Assembly: GCA_040954595.2 (NCBI GenBank)
Contig: CM082578.2
Location: 8,975,519 to 9,039,518, forward strand
Length of the DNA: 64,000 bases
Direction of reading: 5' to 3'
DNA from: Balanoglossus misakiensis
Taxonomy: Eukaryota > Animalia > Hemichordata
Shown: one piece after another, positions 54,880 through 64,000 of the stretch
How positions within the stretch are numbered: the stretch's first letter is position 1
Layout: the number at the start of each line of letters is the position of its first letter
Translations under genes and position numbers: made by a program
Notes under the pieces: generated by a model
What the model saw: only the letters and a program-made list of their open reading frames with translations
What the model was told of the DNA's origin: nothing
Database searches by the model: none

Positions 54880-57800
54880 TGGTTTTTCAACAACGCCACT
54901 TTTAGCATGCCAGTCCTATATTTTGGTTTAAAGTTGACATGTTGAGTGATTGGATATAAATGAAGAAGAGTTTTCAGTAGGCTTAATAGATTACATGCCT
55001 AGAAGAAAAATAAACATGGTTCGACATCATTCATCATCGTTGCAAACAGCGGATGTGTGGAAATGGAAAGGGTCGCGCTTGACTTGTAAAAATAAGTAAT
55101 ATGTTCATGTTTTCGTTTCATTTACGGATTTGTCACTCGACAAAGTCTGACGTGTGAAAGCATCGGCTACTGTACCTGGTCCCATGTTTTGCCACGTTCT
55201 GCCCGGGTCTTCAAAATTCTTCTCTCCTTCGTGGGTGTAGGTCAACATGACGTACCATTTATATCTGAAGTGGAATTTGACAGTTGGTCTATGTTTTGCC
55301 GCACCTTTCTCCATTTTATACTAAATAGTTATCTTCATGTAATTTAAGCTGCACTACGTCAGTTTGTAATTCTTGATTAAAGTGTAGTCCAAGAGCAGCC
55401 TATTGGTAAGGAGGAGTAAGTTTTTTTTTTCCATTCTACAGCCCCATACATTATTGGTAAGAAGCCAAAAGTCTAGTCTTACCCCATATCGCCATATTTA
55501 TCCGTTGGCTCGTCTGTAGGGTCCAGAAGGAAGTGCTTCTGTGTTGTGTGGACGAGGGTGGGGTCTACTGAATCACGTGACACATTAACTACTGGGTAGC
55601 CCATCTGTAAGATCCACGTGTCCATGATCTGTTTGACGTTCAAATCATGCTTTCCACTGTCTGCCTGCGATTCAAAAGATCGAAGGAAAGTTAGGAAATG
55701 TCTTCTTATACAGTACACGTCGAACGCAAAATTTGCAGAACATTTACATAGGACATAGTGTTTGTACACGAGAAATTCCGCACATGCGCATAAGACGATC
55801 ATCGGCCTTTAACGATAGACTAGTACATGTATAACCCAAGAAAAGTTGTCTTTCACCTCGCTCAATGCCGCAAAAAGGTCGTCGGAGACAACGTTGCTGT
55901 AGTTGTGGCGATTGAGGTACAGCGATAAGCCTTCGTTGAGCGTTGATGGAGTCAAGAAGTCAGCCATCATGAGAGTCAGACTCGCGCCCTATCGAGAGAA
56001 AAGGAAGGAGTTGTCAGCACGGTAGTTTGAGTTAGACACAAGCGTGTATACCACTTCCATTAAAATACGAAGTAGACGATGCCCATACTTCTGTGGGCGG
56101 AGGGGGGGGGGGTTCAGACGTTTGTTTTGAAGTAAAACAGATGAGGTGATCGAAATAGGGGCATGGTTTATTTGCGCATCTATATAAGTGGTACTTCCTT
56201 TGGCCCGTGAGGTCTAGCAGATGAAATATGGGAAGGCTAACTATAGAGGTGTTTCATATTTCAAGTCAAGTCACTTGCCTGTGCACGTCTGCTGCACTGT
56301 TTATTTACGTAATATATAACAGACATTATAATGTAATGACAAACACAATCGAACTTGCGATGACGAAAAGGGTAGGTTAGGGTTATATTATAATGCCCTT
56401 CATCTCACGACAAATCCAAAAAAGAGCAGACTACACAAAATATGGTTTTTGGATCCGGATCCTTTGAACTGTGGCCGATAGGTCAGCGCTTTTGAATGTT
56501 ATCACTTTCACGTTAATGAATCCGTCTGCACTCCGAACACGTCCGTCATGTCTGGCCGTTCATCCCACGTGAAGAAACTTTGACACCAAGGGGGCCTCGC
56601 TGCTAACCCGCGGCAAATGTTTTGATTTGTTTACACAACAGGGAGTGGCTAATTGATGCGACCTCGGAGCAATTGATCAAAATCACATTAATCTGCCGCT
56701 GATCTCCGTGTCAGTCAACGCCACAGGTATGATAGCAGTGAACGTAGTCCCTGGGGGACTATGCAGTGAATGACCGATGCATCGATGCTTACTACCATTG
56801 AAAGGCTGTTGCGAAAGCCTGATTTCTTACAGAAAAACTTACCCGTCTATCATATTTGACAGAAAAATGTCGCAACCTAGAAGGGCTCAGATTCAGGCAG
56901 CGAACGCGTGACTCAAAAAGACTGTTTAATATTGGTTTCCTTGGCGAGCACACGCGTCTTCACGACAATAATTATATGAACATTCAGATTACTAGCATAG
57001 CGCGTTGCGTTTTACTGCTTAATTAACAGCCAAATGCAATTATGACTATCAACCATACCTTCTGGTATGCAATGGTACCAAAGGCAGCGAGGATTTCATC
57101 GGACGTCGTTCCGACCGGATAGACCACTGGGTGGGAATCGCCACTGGAGTCTACCCCCATTGCTGCATATAGGTCACTCCATTGAAACACTTGTTCGAAC
57201 TTGACACAGTGCAAAAAGAGGGGGAATAACACAGTAGTAAATATAACAACGTGGCATGTTAGTACACAAGAAGACATGATGATCGAGTGATTAACGCCGG
57301 TGTCACCCGTCGTAAATGTGGCATCCACACGCAAAACTAGGCTTGCAATGTAAAGTGATTTTGCTTCACCCGTTACATAGGCGCATCTTTTTGGTACAGC
57401 ACAAACAATTCTGGGTCGTATCTGACGGCCATATCATGGCGGGTTTATTAAAGCTTGATGATCGTGTTTTTTTTTTAGAAGGAAACTGTATTACCACAAG
57501 ATCGCTATTTGAATATGATATTGATATTCAAACCTAGTTATAATTTTGATGAACTTACGAAATATCGTACATTCATACTTCCCAACTATTTACTAGTAAA
57601 CGTGTAATCTTTTTCTTACAATTTTAAAATAAGCTGCGTTATATAAGCTGTGTTTCGACCGACACCCAGGGTCGTGTTCGTTATTATTAATCAGTAAATT
57701 TACACGCTTGGTTGTACTATCGCCCCCAGCATCAAATACAAGTGACGTAGCTGTATCTATAGAAACGGCCCTGGTTTTGAAAAAGAAAATGGTGGCCTAC

Positions 57801-60800
57801 CACGTGCCAGTCAGGCTCAGTGAGGTTACTTCCGATGTATTCGACAAAACTGGTGATACCTTCGTTTAACCACGCATGATCCCACCACTTGCAGGTTATC
57901 AGGTCACCAAACCACTGTGGACGACAAAACAAGACATGCATAAACCTTACGAAATCATCAGTTTTTTATACGTTATCTGGTTCTGAGGAAAAAGTTACTC
58001 TATTCCGAAATATCACTGATAATTTCGTCGTTGTGAGAGCTGTACTCCGTAGGCCAATCGTGTTGACAGTTCATTATTTATGTTGCAGAGACAAAATTTT
58101 CACACTGGCTGTCATTTCAGCAATCGTGGAAAAGAAAGAGTCCAATTGATCAGTTCAATAGCGGCGGCCTTGTGATCGGCGGATACGTGATACTATAACA
58201 TCAACTTCCCCCACGTGAGTGTCATGTGACGCCTACCATGTGTGCCACCTCGTGGGAGACAAGCGAGTTGGACCTTTGCTTCTGGTATGGAGTATCCACG
58301 CCAGGTGTGTAGGATATACGGCTGTCTCTGTACAGAACTACGCCCCAGTTCTCCATGCCGCTAAAATAAAAGTTGGGTATGGCGACATTGTCTGCAATGA
58401 AAAGAAATGTAAGAACAATGAACACTAATGATTTCTTAGTCAGTACATGGAGCATAAACCAGAAAAGAAGTCATGGCAATTAAGTGTAAGTGAACGCATG
58501 CTTACTGTTTACTTAACCCTTTGAAGCCATTTATCAACCACCGACCAAATTGTCAAAATAAATCCCTGTTTATCCACAGGCGGGGCCCTCCCTTCTACTG
58601 TCTCCTGGTTTTAATGATGATTTAAAGTATATATGTGTGTACCGTCTCTGAATACTGACTCTGAATTGTATCCTTGTCAAATCCAAGAAACAGGTCACCA
58701 CACTGAGAAAGTGAGAATATTTCCGCGCTACAAGGGGAAGTGGGGACGATAAATAGGCCTCTTTGTAATACAAATGTCAAGGGCACGATAAGCCTGTTGC
58801 ACAAACTGTAATGACAACATTTTACATGCATCGGAACAAGTCATATTGTAAAAATTGCGAAGTACGTTCAATTCCGCTGAATGCCCTGAGTGTTACTGCC
58901 TATCTTGACAGGGTAACATATCTTCTGGTTCAAACTGGTTTATGTACCGAGCGTAGCGTTAGAATAGAGAGGCATGGCAGGTTGTACACAGGCAACCCAA
59001 GAAAGTTGGATAAACAGGTCCGGCTAACAACTATGAATCTCCACCCTGAGTGGTATTTGTCTCCAGGCGAAGAAGACGAGAGGGGCACAACGTTGCAGTT
59101 TTCACGTGTTCCAGAGTCCGATTGGGCTGGAACAATGATCAATAATACCATACTCTCGGAAACAAGTTAGTCAGGCTAAAACAGTTCGTGTTTGAACAAA
59201 GGTCGGTAAAGAAACATCTGAATTGTCAAAAGAGAGCCCCCTCAGACACAATTGATGTACATGTATACATTACGTGACAATGAACTATGAAGTTTACCTA
59301 ATTTTGGTAGCGGATACTGGATTCCGTATATTCTGTAAAAGATGTCCATGTGCTGTGTTGCCATGTCGACGGCATATTCGAATGCTTCAATCCTGTCTTC
59401 TGGAGCCCACACACTAACCTATTGTGCACGTGAATAGAAAAAGTAAAACAAGTTAAATAAACACACTGTCAGACGTGAAAACTGAACAGGTGCGATTTAT
59501 GAATTTCCTTTGCGAATTGTTTTCTTTGCTAAGTTAAATTTTATACGAAATTTGTCAATATAATACAGAGATGAATTGTCGAAGTAAACAGTAACGAAGG
59601 AATGCAAATAACATCATTATCAAATTCTTATCTCCGGGCATATGTCATGACAAATTACCTGTTTATTTCTATATCAGAAGCTTTTATCATATCGCACCCG
59701 TGGCGTATAAGCAGTTGATCTACTCAAACCCCGCTACCGTGGTTCTCGAACTAAGCGCAACCTCCGTTGAAACGAAACTATTTGGGAGAGGGATTGAACG
59801 ATTGACCTTACTGTAAAAATTGCCTGATAATTAGCTTTGGCTGTAAGCGGGTCTGGGAGGGAGTTTAAAGGTAGCAGCTCTGGATCCCACGGGATCAATC
59901 TCTGGTTTCACAAATCGGGCGTGGCTCTGCGCGGAAGGAATTTTGAGCCTATCTGCCTTGTGAAACCAACAGCAGCGCAGTTCGCTGCTCTCTGGTGTGA
60001 CCCGGGGGTGTGACCCCTTTTCGTGACAAACAGATCTTAACCCATGACGGAAATATCAGCAACAGAATGATGTTTCCCGCGTAGAGCGAGTTAATGCCCT
60101 TTTCATGTGAGCTTTGTTTAATGTTGCATTGAAATAAACTTTTATTGTATACGCACATATATCCTGACATTCAATATAATAGACTACTTGTGTTACATGT
60201 ATTTTAAATTTATCACACGAAGGAATCCATCATGCAGTAATTAGCGCTCGAGCGTTCTTCGGAACATAGAACAACAAGAATTCTTTTCCGATACATTCGT
60301 TCGGATAGTTTTATCGGTGTTAATGCTTATATATATATAGTGCTGTAAGTTCAAAAATATCACGTGATTACAGATGGAAATACTATTGCTGATACAGATA
60401 CCTGAACGCACTGGGTTCTCACTAGGTAGACATATCGTATAAATTGAGTGAATTCTATTGCAACTACCTGCAACATTTCTCGACTTACCCCTTCAGCAAA
60501 GGGAAAGAAGCACTTACATATACAAGCGCTTGACTCAATATTTTCCCCGAACACGGAAACAGAATTTAAAGGCTGACGATCGTCTTATGCGCATGTGCGT
60601 GTTTTCGTGTGTACAAACATTACATCCATTGCAAATGTTCTGCAGATGTTGTGTTCGACGCATTCAAGTATAAATAGACCTTAGTTTTGTCCCTTCTTTT
60701 CACCCAATTTGCTGTCTTTTCCCACAGTCACTCCTTTCCCGATCCCTGACACAAACTATGGCCGCCATCTTTTCTTTTGTTTAGACAGCACACTGCCTAA

Positions 60801-62917
60801 TATGGCATTGACTGTATGCAATTTTTGTAACCAGAGTCTCTTGTATGGCACATGCGCATAAGACTATCGTCACTTCCCCCATCATAACTTACGGGTATGC
60901 CAGCCTGCGTGTGCCGCGTAATATTGACGAAATCCGAGACGACGAAAGCGATGACGTAGGTGGACATCGTGAGCGTGGTGTCAAAGTACGTCCTCGTCCA
61001 ACCGGCTTCATTTCCCGCCTCGGTCTTTATTGTCGGCATGTTCGAAAGTGCCGATCTTGTGTCCCGGTGTTCCAGCACGATGTCAAAGGTCGCCTTCAAC
61101 TCCGGCTCGTCGAAACAAGGGAACGCTCGCCGGGCGTAACTCAGGCCAAACTGCGTACAGGCTATGTGCCTATAATTGAGAAAAATTAACACAAGTTTCA
61201 GTTAAGTTCAATGTCAGAGTATACAGCACTCGGATTCAATTACTGTTTGTTTATATGTCTTACTCACTGTATAATTTTACTATGGGAGATAATAGTCGAA
61301 ACTCCTTACAATTTCCGTAATTGAATCACCACCATGAGAGTATTAAATTCCCCTTTAACAAGCTCTCCCACAATGTACGGTAGTTCTCACGTTCAACCCT
61401 TGTAAGTACACGTGTTAAGGTCAAGTGCACTTCGGTAAGCAAAATAAGGATGTATGTACTCGGATTAGGATTGTACACCCTTTATCGTCCAGAAGGTGCG
61501 AAGCTTGCAATATAAGAACATTTTTAGAAGTAAAAAGGGTTCTTTGGGTTGGTGGGAGACAACCTGGAAACAAGTGACCTGCTCACAGATAAACTCTGAA
61601 TATCCATTGGAAGTGGATTCTTTAGAAAAGCGTGTAATATGCGTCCGCTATAATGATGTTATCAAATCCCACATCATGCATTTGACACATATGTGACTAC
61701 ATCCCTATTTCTCGCTGCGCTGAATTACTGTAGAGTTATATAAATGACAGTTTGTCCGCCGGCCATGTGTCAATTTGCAGGGTCCCCACGAAGAGCCGCG
61801 CACTTAAAATTCCCACGCATTTTGACAATTAATAGGGCCATATTCATACTTTCACAGGTTCACATTTCAAGTGCGGTTAAATCTAGTTAACATAACGAAA
61901 ACATAGAGTTATGTATGTATGTATGTATGTATGTATGTATGTATGTATGTATGTATGTATGTATGTATGTATGTATGTATGTATGTATGTATGTATGTAT
62001 GTATGTATGTATGTATGTATGTATGTATGTATGTATGTATGTATGTATGTATGTATGTATGTATGTATGTATGTATGTATGTATGTATGTATGTATGTAT
62101 GTATGTATGTATGTATGTATGTATGTATGTATGTACTAGGTTTATATGAGTGAGCGAGCGAGCGAATGAGAGAATGGCTCCGATTTAAAAAAAAAACAAA
62201 TAAACAGACAATTACGACTACATTAAACCATGAACAGATAACCTACCTTTGGCCCGCTTCCCCATCAACTGTGTAGTTGCTGACGTAGTAACCCAAGAGA
62301 TCCGGTTGAAGTAGAGTGCCGTTGAACGAGACTGTCAACAAGTATTTCTGACCAGCGACAATGCCGGATTGGAGGTTAATGTACAGAAATTCGTACTCTT
62401 CTTTGCTGTCACGATTCCAGCCGACAACTTCCATCTCCTGGGGTTCTCCCGCATCCGGCGTGTGTTCCACCGCTATCGACGTCGGCACGAGCGTGTGGTG
62501 GGCGTGCATGGTTATCTTGTCCGTGGCCTCAAAACAGGTAACGTGCGCTTGCACCGTGCCCTCGAAGCTGAACTGTTCGTCGGCGTGCCCGCCGCCGGCC
62601 GCCTCGTCCAGATACGTTTTGATGTCCACCGTGTAGTGACGGGGTTTTACGCTGCCGGGCAACCTGGCGGTGGTCGGATCGTGAACGTCCTCGGGGTCGT
62701 CTGGTCGCGGGGGCAAACCGTCGTTCGGGTCCGCTGTCGCCGGCGGCGGGTCGTCGCACGTCGATTTCGGTACGTAGTACGCGACTAAAACGGCGACCGT
62801 AATTAAGACAGCTACGAGCAAAACCAAGATGAACCACTGTACAGTCGATACGAAGCAACCCCCTCGATTCCTTTTCTTGTAGCCTACCTCCTCGTCCTTG
62901 TGGTTATTGTAAGCCAT
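50785..62917 (-). CDS. ANPEP: Aminopeptidase N-like (M1 family) gene 2, 17 coding exons, 977 aa, with variant amine-binding motifs
   Basis: Exons: 62917-62247, 61169-60893, 59418-59298, 58391-58237, 57914-57801, 57199-57059, 55988-55857, 55664-55483, 55264-55176, 54184-54051, 53524-53321, 53006-52930, 52651-52544, 52054-51884, 51729-51601, 51435-51363, 50940-50785; intron phases identical to gene 1. Motifs ARRAFPCFDEP, SGMENWG, HEVAHMWFGDLIT..WWDHAWLNEG, IAYQKG, WILQMGYP, GYYRVNYE. Confidence 0.93.
54811..54878. repeat. (TCTG)n(CCTG)n microsatellite, intronic
   Basis: Directly visible. Confidence 0.97.
61911..62135. repeat. (ATGT)n microsatellite in intron 1 of aminopeptidase gene 2
   Basis: Perfect tetranucleotide run of ~225 bp; source of the MYVC-repeat ORFs. 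Confidence 0.98.
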
Positions 62918-64000
62918 GTTTTGGTCGGCGGCCGACGTTGGTGGGATATTAGTCGCGACAACCACTTTTTAACCGGACCTGAGTGACGTTCCCGCTGGAA
63001 GATGTTGTATTGCGGATCCTCCTCAAATGTTCAACTGGCTGCCACTCCACTTCTGGTCACGAGCACTACATCTCGCCGTTACGTGATGCGAATTTCCTCC
63101 CCCTGGAAACAGTTTTGAAATATAATGTAGCGCAATCCAACTGTGCTGAAGGCCCATGTAGGTACTGTGTACGTCGAACTAATTTAACTGTAAATATTTT
63201 TAAGGCCGTGTTGTTAGTTGCCCTCTTTATACTTGTAAAATCTGGTAGCTGGTTGACAAGAACGTGTATAGCAAAGCACTCGACGCCCTTCGAATAACAG
63301 TGTACAGGGCACTGGTCTGTAAATAACACCGACACGCTGTTCTCAAGTCGGTTCTGTACAAGTATCTGAAGAGCGTGATTGTACGCCTTGATAGCAGGTA
63401 TATAGACTCAGCTTATTGGCAAATAATAGACCACCTTCAATTTATTTGCTTGCGGAATCTCCACGCAGGTGCGATGGAGTGACCGTGACGCAGGTAAACC
63501 AGTCGCTGAGCGGTAATCGCAACACGCTCCCGCTAGGTACATGTAGGTGAAAAGCGACGTCGTCCTGCAATCTTCGTGAAAAAAACCCTCATGTACTCGA
63601 AATAAGGCGAACAAAATGCGGACCACTACCACGCTTGTTTAGCCTTCTCAGTGATATACAGCCGAAGAACCAGTACTTCACTGCCGTTCATGACAGACGT
63701 GTCAACATCTTCTAAACACGCTACTGCACTATATTTGAATTGCCCCCCCTGTAGCTGCCAGTTTAATTCCAAGGCTGCATTCTCAAACTGTGTGTATGGG
63801 GGTTATGGATGGTTTATAATAATGCAAAATGGATGTTGGTCACACACACAATATCTACATCTATCTCCACGCCTCCCAAACCCCCAATTCTCCAGCCCCC
63901 CTGCTCTAATATTTCTGAACGCAGCCTACTTGCCAAGTATACTGGTTTTATACAGTGCATTATCGGCGAGCAGCAAGCTACCACCCTGAATAACGAACGA

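Overview
Eukaryotic (metazoan) genomic DNA with GT-AG introns, microsatellites and transposon relics; gene content suggests a marine invertebrate, possibly a deuterostome (inference only). In order: the last two coding exons of STIMATE/TMEM110 (+); a single-exon heparan-sulfate 3-O-sulfotransferase-like gene (-); a tandem array of five 4-exon CTHRC1-like genes (+, 5.9-22.7 kb); two tandem SLC10 Na+/bile-acid-symporter-like genes with long cytoplasmic tails (+); and two tandem 17-exon M1 aminopeptidase N-like genes (-). Exon phases of all gene models were checked by hand. The CTHRC1 array is the most notable part: collagen exons are near-identical between neighbouring copies, head domains vary mainly in three loops, one intact copy has lost almost the whole collagen helix in frame, and one copy has a 10-bp duplication that disconnects its signal peptide. 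Also notable: an aminopeptidase paralog with altered amine-binding motifs, a sulfotransferase with an EF-hand-like stem loop and a substituted PSB-loop Arg, and a Gmr1-like Gypsy remnant.
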